Under the pieces are notes generated by a model. That model saw nothing but the letters and a program-made list of their open reading frames with translations. It searched no databases and was not told the origin of the DNA. A stretch of 64,000 bases of DNA from Verrucomicrobiota bacterium (GTDB lineage: Bacteria; Verrucomicrobiota; Verrucomicrobiia; Verrucomicrobiales; Akkermansiaceae): NCBI GenBank assembly GCA_037134575.1, contig JBAXLW010000002.1, positions 5,181-69,180 of the forward strand, read 5' to 3'. Positions 1 to 10,800 of the stretch are shown here, one piece after another. Made by a program: the position numbers and the translations under genes. Every line of letters starts with the position of its first letter. Within the stretch, counting starts at the first letter, position 1.

Positions 1-1955
1 TGCAAAGCAGCTCCACGGGAAACCGGGCTGCGTATGTCGGCTCCAATTTGACACTCAACATGGCGACCAAAATAGGAACGTATGGCATCCTGAACCAGAG
101 GGTTCTGGGCACTGCCGCCGATAAAGAGAACCATGTCTAGCTGATCCTTCTGCAGCCCGGCCTTTGCCAGAGCACTCTCAATAGGTTCAAAAAGACAGAT
201 CGCTTCTGACTCATCCGCGACGGCTTTCATGGAGAGAAAAGAATCCATAATATCATAAAATTCCTTTAGACTGATGGAAGGCTCAGCAAGATGCAGGCTG
301 TAGTCGCGAATCTTGATTGTTGGAATAGTGGCCACTTTCACTCTTTCTTCGGAGTTTCGATAGATCGAAACATCGCCCCCTTGAGCACGTGAGGCAATCA
401 GTTTGCTGCATTGGACCTTGAGCTCCTCACCCACGGTTTGCAGACGTGGTAGAATGCCTTGCTCGAACTCTACGGAACGAATGTGATCGTCATCTCCAAG
501 GCTTGCGCGTCGCATGGCCGGCCAGAGTATTTTTCGAGCAATTTGGCGGTCGATATTATCGCCACCCAATGCGCGAAACTGGGAAATCGCGAGATTTCGT
601 GAAACCAATTTTTCGCCGACGCATCCCACATTGAGAATTGAAATATCACAGGTGCCTGCTCCGAAGTCGAATACCAGCGCGTTTCTTTTCTGATCCTGGT
701 AGGACTTCAACACACCATCACCATTGGCAAGGCTATCCAGCAGGTAGCTGATGAAGGCAGCATTTGGTTCGTCGATGATGCTGCTGTCTTCCACATTGAT
801 GCCAGCGCGCTTCATCACACTGCACAGATCCAGTCGCTGATTGGCTTCGAATGAAGCCGGCACGCTGACGGCATAGCGGATTTCCGTGGGTAGTCCTTGG
901 TCCGCAACCCATTGCTCGATGTGCTTTTTCAGGTAATCAAAGAAAGTTGTGGCGACATCCTGAGGTCTCCGGAGATCCGGTGTTCCATCTTTCCCATTGA
1001 GCTTGGAGCGAACATATTTTGGACCTTGGTCGATGCCCAACTCCATCTTGAACGAGAACCAGACATTTTCGTCCCTTGAGCATTCGGGCTTGAGCTCGGC
1101 AGCGCCTTGACCAATCAACAGCCGACCGTCATGCCATGCAATACAGCTTGGAAGAAGGTGATCCTCGATCGTGCGGCCCATTCTGTCCATTTGGGGTATC
1201 GGAATTGGCTCAGTAGCGAGTATGCCCTTAACCGGATCGATAAAGACCCGGCTTGCGATTGTCGTTGATGTTCCAAAATCGATTCCAACGAAAGTCGTAA
1301 GAGAAAGAGCAGCCTCCAACTCCTCTTGAATTTCACCGTCACAGGCAAGAACGCCGAGAGGAATACCAGAGTCCTCGCGCGGAGCGATTGGGCGGTCTTG
1401 GAAACTTCTCTGAGGCGGAGCTTCACTCTCTGGTGTCTTAGGCGGCACGGGTGGCGCATCGCCTCCGGACATGATTCGAGTGATTACCTGCAAGTCTTGA
1501 TCCAGTGATGTGATGAAGTCATCCGTCGTGGCGAGAAGCTGGCTGAGCTTTTTGATGCTGAGTAAGGCCGAAAGAGAATCCTCCAGATTAAGCGTGGTTT
1601 CAGCTCCCAGATGAGAGAGCGTGTTCCGTAAGTTGATCAATGTGTCACACTGGAGCGCTCCTACCCGTTGCTGGTCGTCGATTTCCTTCTTTTCGCAAAT
1701 GGGCCGCCAGTTGTGCTTCAAAACACCGCATAACGAGACCAAATCGAGTTTTCCAAGGTCACGAATGGTGCCGGAACGAATCCGGCTTGACTGCGAGCCT
1801 TTGAGCCTGGGAATGCTCCGGACTAGTAGTGTCCACCAGTCAGAACCCTCCACGCAAATCTTTGGGAGGACTTCACCAAGAAAACCGCATAGGTATCCTT
1901 GAAACTCTTTCAGATGCTTCTCGATGGCGAGGGATGTTGTTTTGTTGTCAGTCAT
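1..1955 (-). CDS. Swt1-like HEPN domain fused to Hsp70/DnaK-like ATPase (3' end runs off the window)
   Basis: Translated by hand; it is absent from the ORF track because there is no stop in the window. Starts MTDNKTTSL at 1955. RNTLSH (HEPN RxxxxH) at 1611-1628. Hsp70 motifs GIDFGTSTT, AVSVPASF, IIDEPNAA, VFDFGAGTCDIS, LGGDNID, LFIGGS and VSRGAAL are all in one frame. Confidence 0.85.
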   Translation of the reverse strand, partial: MTDNKTTSLAIEKHLKEFQGYLCGFLGEVLPKICVEGSDWWTLLVRSIPRLKGSQSSRIRSGTIRDLGKLDLVSLCGVLKHNWRPICEKKEIDDQQRVGALQCDTLINLRNTLSHLGAETTLNLEDSLSALLSIKKLSQLLATTDDFITSLDQDLQVITRIMSGGDAPPVPPKTPESEAPPQRSFQDRPIAPREDSGIPLGVLACDGEIQEELEAALSLTTFVGIDFGTSTTIASRVFIDPVKGILATEPIPIPQMDRMGRTIEDHLLPSCIAWHDGRLLIGQGAAELKPECSRDENVWFSFKMELGIDQGPKYVRSKLNGKDGTPDLRRPQDVATTFFDYLKKHIEQWVADQGLPTEIRYAVSVPASFEANQRLDLCSVMKRAGINVEDSSIIDEPNAAFISYLLDSLANGDGVLKSYQDQKRNALVFDFGAGTCDISILNVGCVGEKLVSRNLAISQFRALGGDNIDRQIARKILWPAMRRASLGDDDHIRSVEFEQGILPRLQTVGEELKVQCSKLIASRAQGGDVSIYRNSEERVKVATIPTIKIRDYSLHLAEPSISLKEFYDIMDSFLSMKAVADESEAICLFEPIESALAKAGLQKDQLDMVLFIGGSAQNPLVQDAIRSYFGRHVECQIGADIRSPVSRGAAL

Positions 1956-1990
1956 GGCGGATAGTGGTTTTAGGTATTTCCGTGTATTTT

Positions 1991-2365
1991 TTAATTGGTT
2001 ATTATTGGAATCACCATCCCAGCGAGAGTAATTCCTTCACGCTCACCTTGTTTAGAACCGACGTGCATGTCTCCCAATCGGCGTCTTCGACTCGGCTGTA
2101 TTTCACGTCGAAGGGATTTCGGGTGGCCGTGGTCCGGTCGATGAGCTGATGGGCGGCTTGTTCTTCGTGAAGGGCGACTTGCGCCCACACATCTTCCATC
2201 GCGGAAGTTATTCTTGTTGATGCGCTTTTTTTGCATCAGCACACCTCCATGGGTCAGGTATTTTGAATCGCGGGGAGCCTTATCCTGAAACTCCCTAAAA
2301 TTTGCATAGACCGCGATGCTTGGCGCATCTGTTGGCTTGTTGACCGTTTTAAGTTGGAATGGCAT
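1991..2365 (-). pseudogene. Small hypothetical gene, probably frameshifted at an A7 tract
   Basis: The N-terminus of ORF 1991..2365 and ORF 2011..2199 look protein-like, while the C-terminus of the long ORF is R/P/S-rich like an off-frame read. T7 run at 2226-2232. Sits between mrr and HEPN-Hsp70 with short gaps. Confidence 0.35.
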
Positions 2366-2389
2366 GGGTGAAATTTTAGTTAAGGACGA

Positions 2390-3412
2390 TTACTCACCAG
2401 CGTCGTCGATCAATTCTGGGACGTAGACACGGCGGAGGGGGAGGACGCTCTTGTAGCGGGAGTCAAATTTTTCGTAGTGCTGAAAGATCAGGTCCACAAG
2501 TTCTTCGCCGTCAATGAGGCGGAGGTTGGCTTTGCTTTGTTCAAAGTTGCGGCACTGGGGCGAATAGGTGCCGAGGGTGAAGAAGAGGCCGTATTCACCG
2601 GCGGAGAGTTTGCCAAAGAGAGCGGAGACGTCCTTGTCGGTGATGGTGCCATCGCCGCTCTTGACCTGAACTTTGATGATCGGCGGTTCGATGCCGAGGT
2701 GGTCTTTGTGGGCGATGACATCGACACTGGGTTCGTTCTTGCGAGCGAGGCGGGCTTGATAGCCCATGCATTCGAGGAGGTGTTTGACGAAGCTCTCCAT
2801 TGGCAGGCCTTTCAATTCTTGGGAGAGACGCTTGAGGACAAAGTCGCGGGTGGTTTCCTCGATGTCGGCCGCGACGTTGGGGATAGTTAGATCTTCGGAA
2901 ACCAGCGGTGCAACTGCCTTGCCTTCGAGCGCTGCCCGGAATTCGTCGGCGTAGGTTTTAACTTGGAAAAAACTAAGGGCACTTCCGATTTCGTAGAGCG
3001 CGCCTTGAGTGAAGAGGGTTCGTTCGACAGTTTTTAGCCATTTCACCTTCCGAACGTGTGGATAGTTTTCGACAGCATCCGGTCGATATTCGTAAGGACC
3101 GCAAATGGTGCCGATGTGGATCTTCCGTTCATGTTTATGTGGGAACACAAGCAAATCACCTTCCTTCATCTCGTGAGCGAATCGGAAAAGCTGTCCGGCA
3201 TTGTTGGGTATCGCTCCCGGTTTCTTGTTGGGATAGGCCTTTGCAACCGCAGCCTTGAAGGCATCACGGTTCGGACCTAGCTTGGAAAGATCACCCATGG
3301 AATGCCAGCCGAGGGCGACACAGTTCTTGGATAGGAACATTGACGCCGCGTCTCCGGTCTTGCCAGCGTGGATGCCCCATATGGGGGTGTTGGAGGTGAT
3401 GGGTAGTTTCAT
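2390..3412 (-). CDS. mrr: Mrr-family type IV restriction endonuclease
   Basis: C-terminal Mrr_cat-like PD-(D/E)XK motif DVIAHKD...IIKVQVKSG and LRLIDGEELVDL. N-terminal IWGIHAG...VALGW sensor-like domain typical of long Mrr homologues. Confidence 0.85.
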   Translation of the reverse strand: MKLPITSNTPIWGIHAGKTGDAASMFLSKNCVALGWHSMGDLSKLGPNRDAFKAAVAKAYPNKKPGAIPNNAGQLFRFAHEMKEGDLLVFPHKHERKIHIGTICGPYEYRPDAVENYPHVRKVKWLKTVERTLFTQGALYEIGSALSFFQVKTYADEFRAALEGKAVAPLVSEDLTIPNVAADIEETTRDFVLKRLSQELKGLPMESFVKHLLECMGYQARLARKNEPSVDVIAHKDHLGIEPPIIKVQVKSGDGTITDKDVSALFGKLSAGEYGLFFTLGTYSPQCRNFEQSKANLRLIDGEELVDLIFQHYEKFDSRYKSVLPLRRVYVPELIDDAGE

Positions 3413-3469
3413 GGCTCTTGCAGATGAAATAGGGGGTGAGCTTCATTGTGGTGGGGACACCTTTAGCAC

Positions 3470-5521
3470 TCAGTCCACCAATGCCTTCAGCAGAGCATCC
3501 CGCGCATCCAAGTAATAGAGGATGGTGATCTTCGCCGCCATGTCGTCTGGCAGGTCGTTCAACTGCCGGCGACTGCTGATGGGCATCAGGATGCTTTGGG
3601 CACCTTTCTCGACGGCGATTTCGACGGCGGATACCGGGTTGAAGATCGTCTCGATGGAGCCGCCCAGATTCAGCCCACCGGTGACCATGAGGCCGCCCTT
3701 GATGCTTTTTTGGAGAAGCGATGAGCACAGAGCCAGCAGCACACCAACGCCGACGCCAGCACCACTTTTGGCACTGTCGAATGCCCGCAGTTGCACGGAG
3801 AACTCGTGCTGCCGGGGGTCGCGATCACCGACGAGTTCCTTGGCGCGGACGTAAAGGTTTTGCTCGGCGCAGCGCACGCTTTCTTTGAAAGACGGCGGAG
3901 CTGGCTGGTTCAAGATCTTCACACCGCTGCCCGGGCCTTCCGTGATATCTACCCGATAGAGACCGGGATTCTCTTCTCCCCCACCTGGCGACATTACCCA
4001 TACCTGCCCGGGCGGCAACGGGTCGGTGCCGATGCTGTCCTCGCTGTAAAGCTCGGGCGTGGATACGAATTTCTCCACACCTTCCTCGCCCAGCGTGTAG
4101 CTGAACTGGGTGTTGCGGAATTCTGCGGAGCCGATGCGCTTCTGCTGCTCCTTGACACGGCGGCGGCACTCCAAGCCAATGCGCAGCGCCCATTCCAAGA
4201 CTTCATCCGAGACCGGAACCTCTGGGTTTGGTGAGACGAGTTTGATGAGGCCGCTTACCGTCTTCATCACGCCGGTCGTATCGCGGCCGCTGAGTGCTCC
4301 ACCGAGATGAACACGCCCTGTTATTACACTCTGGCGGCTCTGGCGTCTCAGCTGATTCCAGCATTCCGACAGGTAGTCGCTGACGAGGCCGAAGCGGTTG
4401 GTCAGCAATTCCCGGCTGACCTTCGGCACGTCCCAGCCGGGGAGGTAGGCGTGAATACGATCCATGAATGCGGTGTCGTCACGCATCTCCGCCGGCATTG
4501 GCCCGAACAAGTGACCGATGCGCTGCTGGTGCTGCACGTCCACATCGAAGTTACCGACCATGACCATTCCGCCATCCGCGCGAATGCTTTCCTTGCCACG
4601 GCTGAACTCACCGGACTCCATATAGCCCTTCATGATGTTCACGCCGTCCTTCTGGTCGAAGGAGACTCCGGAAATCTCGTCGAAGCAGACCACATCGTAT
4701 TGGCAGACCAATCCGCGCTGGCCGTTACCGTTATTGACGAACATCCGTGCCACCGAGGATTTGCCGCCGGAGACGAGGTGCGCATACGGAGAAATTTGTT
4801 GGAAAAGATGGCTCTTGCCGGTGCCCCGAGGCCCCAGTTCCACTACGTTATAGTTCCGCTCTACGAAAGGCACCATGCGAAGAAGGATCATATCGCGGCC
4901 TCGCGGTGTGAGTTTCTCCGGCTCCATGCCGATGCTCCGGATCAGGAAATCCTTCCATTCTTCCGTGGAGAAAGCCTCCCGCCCTGCATAGAGGGTCGGG
5001 AGCACCTCGCGCTTGGAGAGCTGGATCTCGCGCATGGATTCGATGCCAAACGGGCGAGGTGGCTTTTCCTGCGCGATCATCGGGTCGTAGGACAGTTCCA
5101 CTTCTGCATAGAAGCCGCCTGTTAGCATCCGCTCGTTGGCGTGGACCATCGCCTCGCTGATCCTCACATCCTTGAGCTGCAAACTCGGCAGCGTTGCGAG
5201 AAATGAGTCCGTTCCCGAATCAAGCCTGGCCGTGATGATGTCGATCAGTTTCACGTGCCCCTTGTCCTTGGCGCGTGCCTTGAACAGTTCGTGTTCCCCG
5301 GCACGGATGGTCTTTTCGCCCAGCTGCCGCTCTACGATCTTTAGCCCCTCCGCGATTTCCTCCTCGTCCACCGAGGAGCAGTAGCGGCCTAGCAAGAACT
5401 CGGCGACGTAGGTCGGGACGGGATATTGTCCTTTGAATTTCCGCACCAGGTCTTTGCGGACCACATAGCCTTCAAAGGCTTTGGTGGCGATTTGGTCGAT
5501 TGTATCCAGTGGTTCGCTCAT
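3470..5521 (-). CDS. brxL: BREX Lon-like AAA+ protein BrxL
   Basis: Walker A ELGPRGTGKSH, Walker B VCFDEIS, DTAFMDRIH and a C-terminal Lon-like domain in which the Ser/Lys dyad positions appear substituted. Start set at MSEPLD (5521), 4 nt after the pglZ stop. Confidence 0.9.
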   Translation of the reverse strand: MSEPLDTIDQIATKAFEGYVVRKDLVRKFKGQYPVPTYVAEFLLGRYCSSVDEEEIAEGLKIVERQLGEKTIRAGEHELFKARAKDKGHVKLIDIITARLDSGTDSFLATLPSLQLKDVRISEAMVHANERMLTGGFYAEVELSYDPMIAQEKPPRPFGIESMREIQLSKREVLPTLYAGREAFSTEEWKDFLIRSIGMEPEKLTPRGRDMILLRMVPFVERNYNVVELGPRGTGKSHLFQQISPYAHLVSGGKSSVARMFVNNGNGQRGLVCQYDVVCFDEISGVSFDQKDGVNIMKGYMESGEFSRGKESIRADGGMVMVGNFDVDVQHQQRIGHLFGPMPAEMRDDTAFMDRIHAYLPGWDVPKVSRELLTNRFGLVSDYLSECWNQLRRQSRQSVITGRVHLGGALSGRDTTGVMKTVSGLIKLVSPNPEVPVSDEVLEWALRIGLECRRRVKEQQKRIGSAEFRNTQFSYTLGEEGVEKFVSTPELYSEDSIGTDPLPPGQVWVMSPGGGEENPGLYRVDITEGPGSGVKILNQPAPPSFKESVRCAEQNLYVRAKELVGDRDPRQHEFSVQLRAFDSAKSGAGVGVGVLLALCSSLLQKSIKGGLMVTGGLNLGGSIETIFNPVSAVEIAVEKGAQSILMPISSRRQLNDLPDDMAAKITILYYLDARDALLKALVD

Positions 5522-5525
5522 AAAT

Positions 5526-7853
5526 TTATTCTCCAAGGGTAGTGGGTAGGGAATCAATCACCTTTCCTGACGGATCCAACAAAACGATTTCAGCTTGCCT
5601 GCCAATGTCAGCGTCGTCTTCGAGGAAGATGGAAACCTTTCCGTCCGGTTTCACTTTCTGCGCCTGATGATTGGCCAGCAGCGAGGTTTCAGGATCAGCT
5701 TGTAGCGTGCGGACATCCACAGAAAAACCGGCCGCCTGTTCGCTCACGGTGACTCGACAGTTGGCGTTCCCCCATTTTGCGCCCAACAACTTGGCAACAT
5801 TCCCAGACACGCCGCCACTGTTGGAAACGCGTAGAATCGGGGTGACCATTTCCTGGAGCGAGACGCCGCCGTGAGTGTATTCCATAGAGGCACGGAAGCA
5901 GCCGACACCCGGAGGGCTGGCGATGACGACATCCTCGTTCCAGTGCCATTTGAGTGTAGGCACATCGGTCTGTGAATCCGACTTCATCGCGGCGCAGCGT
6001 CCCCAGCGGTGATCCGCCAGACCTGACTTAAGTTCCACCTTGGGAAGACCTCCGGGGAGGAGGAGCCAGCCGTGGTCGGTCACCACGATCAACTCTGTCC
6101 AGCCAGCCTTCAGGAGAGCACCGATGCGGCTCGCTAGATCGCGCACTTCTGATTCCACGCTGCGGGCTAGTTTCCAGCCCTCGTTATGGCCGCGCTTGTC
6201 GAGGGAGCCGGCTTCCGTCCACGCAGAGCCAGATGGTTCACCGGTCTCGCCGGGCTTTAGGAACTGCCATCCACTCTCCCGGAGGGCGGTGATGAACCTG
6301 TCGTGCGTAAGAGGCTTATCGGTGCCGATCAAACGTGTGGTGAACGCATCACCTAAATCCGCACCCTGCACCTTGTCCGCGAGGGGTGAGGCTGCGGGCT
6401 TGGCGGTGGCAGTGACGGAAGGGATCGAGGACCACTCCCAGTCCTGCGCGGAGTCGATGCCGGCGCTTGCCAGTTCCTTTGCCAGGAGTTGGGCGACATC
6501 CATGCGCAGACCGTCGGCAAACAGGAGCAAACGTCCCGGGGCGGTGACATACGGCTTGGTAAGCTTCGAGACCGTCTGCCCGTCGGCGCGGATCAGTTGC
6601 TGGAGTTGTCGGGCGGTGTCTTCCAGCCATGGGAGATAAACAGCCCGCAGCGCGCCCAGCAGGGAGCCGTGCTGCTCCTGGGTTCCGCAGGCTGCCATTG
6701 CGGCGAGAGCAGCGGCGTCCACTTGCCAGCCTACATGAGCGTATTGCTCGGCATAGGCATGGGAGCTTGCCGCTCCGGGGACGGTTTGGCACGCTTTTGC
6801 CAGTTTCGCGAGCGGTTCGAGAGCTGTTGCCAACGGACTCAGGTCGAGTTTCTGCCAAGCATAAGCGCGGCGCTTGCCATGTTGCTGTTCCAGCGCTGCG
6901 ATACCTTTAGCCGCCTCATGCTGGGGCAGATCGACGAGTTTGGTAAGGGCCTGCTGCAGCATCCTCTCCTCCCGTTCGTTGAGATCCGGCCAGACTTCGG
7001 CGGTGTCGAACATCTGCGGGTCTTTTGGTGCCGCGCGCTTCAGCCATTCCACGATCCCGGCATAGTTCGCCGGCGCTTCCACAAAACGCTGCCAGGCCTT
7101 TTTCCAAGAATCCCCTCTACCGGCAAGCAGCTGCGCAGCCTTGAGCGGCCCCTCCTTGACGGGATCAAAACGGAAATCCGTTTTGCACTGTTGGCAGAAG
7201 GCTTTCCACTCCGCCTCCGAACCGCGTTTCTGGAATCCATCCGGATCGCTCAGCCAGCGCAGCAGCAGGCCGGTGGCATCCGGGGCTACAGTGCCGTTGA
7301 AAAACTCCGCATCCAGCCGCCGGCCGCGCAGTTGGGTAATAGGTCCGTCCAACAAGGTGGGCAGCGCTCCGGCCAGCGCGTCGAGCGTCTGCTGGTCCTT
7401 TGCCACATCGAGTTCTAGGCCGCCGTGTTTAGAAACAAGGAACCCATAGGGTGTCCACTCCTTGCCATTCACATGCAGCCACACCACACCGCGATACTGG
7501 AGTTCCACCAGTGCGGCGAGTTCCTGCGGGCAATCCTCCGCCGCACGCAGTTTATCGCGACTGATGCCGGGTAGGTAAAAAATTGGCACCGTGCCTGCGG
7601 GTGGCGCGCCATCCACAGACCGCGCTTCGATGCAGCGCAGCCACAATGCCGGGCCGCTGCGTTTTTCAGCGTCGTAGTCTCCCAGCACGAACAACTCGGG
7701 CACCAGCGCCTGGACTTGTGGCATGATGGATTCCCATAAGCGCTCGGGATCGGGCCAGAGCACGGCGCACGGCGCTACCTGATCACCGGGTGCGAATGCG
7801 TGCGCCATGTTGCGCAAGGCGGCTGTTAGGGTCTGTCCGAGTGTCTGGTTCAT
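5526..7853 (-). CDS. pglZ: BREX PglZ-domain phosphatase/nuclease (type B-like)
   Basis: Alkaline-phosphatase-fold motifs LFADGLRMD, SLDKRGH, VVTDHG, YTHGGVSLQE; BREX gene context. Confidence 0.9.
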   Translation of the reverse strand: MNQTLGQTLTAALRNMAHAFAPGDQVAPCAVLWPDPERLWESIMPQVQALVPELFVLGDYDAEKRSGPALWLRCIEARSVDGAPPAGTVPIFYLPGISRDKLRAAEDCPQELAALVELQYRGVVWLHVNGKEWTPYGFLVSKHGGLELDVAKDQQTLDALAGALPTLLDGPITQLRGRRLDAEFFNGTVAPDATGLLLRWLSDPDGFQKRGSEAEWKAFCQQCKTDFRFDPVKEGPLKAAQLLAGRGDSWKKAWQRFVEAPANYAGIVEWLKRAAPKDPQMFDTAEVWPDLNEREERMLQQALTKLVDLPQHEAAKGIAALEQQHGKRRAYAWQKLDLSPLATALEPLAKLAKACQTVPGAASSHAYAEQYAHVGWQVDAAALAAMAACGTQEQHGSLLGALRAVYLPWLEDTARQLQQLIRADGQTVSKLTKPYVTAPGRLLLFADGLRMDVAQLLAKELASAGIDSAQDWEWSSIPSVTATAKPAASPLADKVQGADLGDAFTTRLIGTDKPLTHDRFITALRESGWQFLKPGETGEPSGSAWTEAGSLDKRGHNEGWKLARSVESEVRDLASRIGALLKAGWTELIVVTDHGWLLLPGGLPKVELKSGLADHRWGRCAAMKSDSQTDVPTLKWHWNEDVVIASPPGVGCFRASMEYTHGGVSLQEMVTPILRVSNSGGVSGNVAKLLGAKWGNANCRVTVSEQAAGFSVDVRTLQADPETSLLANHQAQKVKPDGKVSIFLEDDADIGRQAEIVLLDPSGKVIDSLPTTLGE

Positions 7854-7863
7854 GCTATTTCAG

Positions 7864-10800
7864 TTACTTGCCGCTTAAGTTATGGAGTTGGAATGCATCT
7901 ACCCCTAGCGATTCCCTGCAAAGGTCAACTAGGTGTTCGTGGTGCGTGAAAAGGAAAATCTGCGTGCGTTTGGATAGGTCAGCGAGCTGCGGCAGGATGG
8001 CTTTGGTTCGGTCGTTGTCGAAGGTGATCAAAAGGTCATCCAGAATAAGTGGCATGGGTTCGTGTTCCTCCAAATGCCGGTCCAGTGCTGCCAGACGAAG
8101 AGCAAGGTAGAGTTGGTCACGAGTACCCTCGCTCATACCTTCAACTGCCACGGATGTCCCGCCCGGCCTGCGGCCTGCCAGCACCGGGACATCCTGATCA
8201 TTGAACTCGGCCGCCAAGCCCTCGAAGGCACCTTGTGTGATCTGCCGGAAGACCTCCCCGGACTTCTCCAGTAAAGGTGCCTGATTTTGTTCTCGGAATT
8301 GTTCGATCTGGTTCCTCAAAAACTGCGCGGACAAGCGTAACCGCATGAATTGGGCGGCATCCCGCCCCAAAGTTGCCAACTCGGATTCCGCCTGCTGCCG
8401 CAAATCGGCCGCAGCGTCTCCGGCTTTGGCCATCTCGTCACGTTGCCGGTTCAGCTCGGTCAACCCGGCTTGGACTACTTGGATCTCTGGCCTCTTGTCC
8501 AACAGGTTTACTTCCAGACGCGCTTTGCGTTGAGAGAGGTCATCAGCGTTTTCCGCTTGGACAAGACGAACAAACTCCTCCACTGACTGCCCCCTTGCCA
8601 AGCCTCCCAAGGTGTCCCGGATGTTTTTGAGCCGTTCCTCGATTGCCGCTTTTTTCTCCAGAGCAGCAAGCAATCGCTCCAGTTCCTCAATGGCGCTGAT
8701 TTTCGCAAGGGACATCAACCCGTGCAGGATTTCGGACGCATTGGTTTCTTCCTGTCGCGCGAGCGTCAGGTGAGTTTTTGCATCCTCGATCTGGGAGGAA
8801 ATCTGATCGTGCTCAGTCTGGGCTATCCGCGCTGCCGATACGACCTTCCATAAGGCAGCTTCCCGGGATTCTGTGGTTTCCGCTTCTACCCGCAGGGTGG
8901 TCGCTCGCTCGCTCACCTTATTCTCATAGTTAGCGATCAACTCTTGGGTCTTGTTCGCCTCGCCCGATAATTCCTTCCACTGATCGAATCTTGCGATTAG
9001 TGCCGCCCGTTCCTCAATTAACACTAAGCCGTTAGCAGGGGGAGTGTCGGCAGCCAAACCGGCCGACTTGCTCCGGGCCTGCCAGTTTGCGTTCGCTGCC
9101 TCGATCTCTGAGGAAATCGCAGCCGTTGTCTTGTTCAAACCCTTCAACTCGTCCCGCAGTTTCGCAAGCTGCTCGGTGATCAGCTTGCGTCGTCCAACCG
9201 TCTCCTCACCCTGCTGAAGAGATGTTTTTGCGGCTTCGTGCAGCACGGAATAGGACTTTGCCTCGGAGGTTCCCAATACCGCTTTCAGCGCAACAACGGC
9301 TCGTTGAATCTGTTCGGATTTGGAACGCAAGCCTTCTTCTGCATCGCGCAATTTTCCGAGGGTGTCCCGGAACTGAACCCAGCTTTCACGCCACTCCTCC
9401 ATCTCGTCCGGCGAGCGCGGCTGAAGGTCAGCTGGTGTCCATTCTTGCTGCCATGAAATCAGAGTCTCTGCCTTCGCCGCCTCTAACTGAGAGGCGGCCG
9501 CTTCGGTTTCTGTGATCTGATTCCGGCTGGTTAGAATTTGCATCCGCTTTTCTTCGGCCTGCGCCACTGCGTCCGCATCAAGGCGCAGTTGATCGGCGAT
9601 GTGATCTGCCGCTAAGATCGACAAGGGAAAGGCCTCTTCAAGGGGCAGCTCGGGATCCAGTTGCTCGTCAGCTCCTCCGCCTTTCCAATCCTTGAGCACC
9701 AGATGCCAACCGTGGTCCCGATGATGCCGCGCCTGGCTGAGCGATTCCTCTGTTGGCAACTCACCACGGCGCTCAAGACGTTTCAGATCATTCTCCAGCT
9801 TGGTGATGTTTGCATTCTCGTCGCGAATCTTTTTTGCGGTGGCTTGTAGGTCACGCTCCAGCTCAATGAGGCGGTCACGGAACTTCCGCAGTGTGGCTTT
9901 TGCGGGAACCTGAAGCTGTGATGCGGCTTCAAGATCCTGAGGTGCCCCATGCACCAGGGTGTGCTCGTCCTGAACTTTACGCGTCAGATTGACCACCGTG
10001 GTACGGGCGGCTTCCAGGGTTTTGTCGGCTTCCGTTGCCTCTGCGGCGACCGCCAATGCCGCTCTGAGCGGTTCCAGATCGGTTTCAGTCAGCGACTGCA
10101 ATTCGCTCTCATGCCCGTCGATCGCAGAGGTAGATTCCTCTACCTTCCCCACACTCGCCGCGTAACGTCCTTGTGCGTCGATCAAGGACTGCGCCGCAGC
10201 CTCCAAACCGAGACGGGCTGAGCTTCCCAGTCGCATGCCCTCCAGAACGTTAAAATCCCCCACGATTTCCAAACTCTCCATACCACTCAGCAAGGCCGGT
10301 TCAATGCCGGCCAGTTTGCTTTGCAGATTCGCCAAGGATTCCTTCCGCGTGCGAAAGGCACCCAAGTCCTGATGGAGGGCATCTAGCTCATCTTCGATCG
10401 CCAACACTTCCGGTACCGTCGCGCACTTGCCCAACCGCTCCTGATCTCGGGCGATCTGCGAAGCTAGGTCAGACAACTTGCGTGAAGCCTCAGCAGCCTC
10501 ATCGCGCGCGGTTCTGACGCGTTCCACAAAGTCACTCGCCACCTGCGGAAGCTCGGGCAGCTCGCGGAGCAATCGCAGCTCCTCGTTGAAACGGCTGACG
10601 GATGGCAGCGCATCCTCGCAACGGGTCATCCATCCGATGGCCACTTCGCACTCGGAAATTTCTTCGTCCAACCGGGCTTTCCGCGAGTTGTCCGCGTCAA
10701 GATTTCGGTTCAGCTCGTCCCAAACATCCGCAGCGACCACCGCCTCCCGGCTCTGTTTCAGCAGATCGAGGTAGCGTTTTACTGCCGGGCGGATAGACAC

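Noticed and set aside
1-1955. Housekeeping dnaK
   Set aside because: It has an extra N-terminal domain of about 220 aa, divergent motifs and a defence-island context.
3470-4000. BrxL as an active Lon protease
   Set aside because: The positions matching the Lon catalytic Ser (KDGPSAG versus KSGAGVG) and Lys appear substituted by eye alignment, so protease activity is not claimed.
4307-5125. Long antisense ORFs such as 4307..5125, 6489..7418, 15661..16434 and 52355..53116
   Set aside because: They are shadow frames of well-supported genes in GC-rich DNA, with no recognisable motifs.
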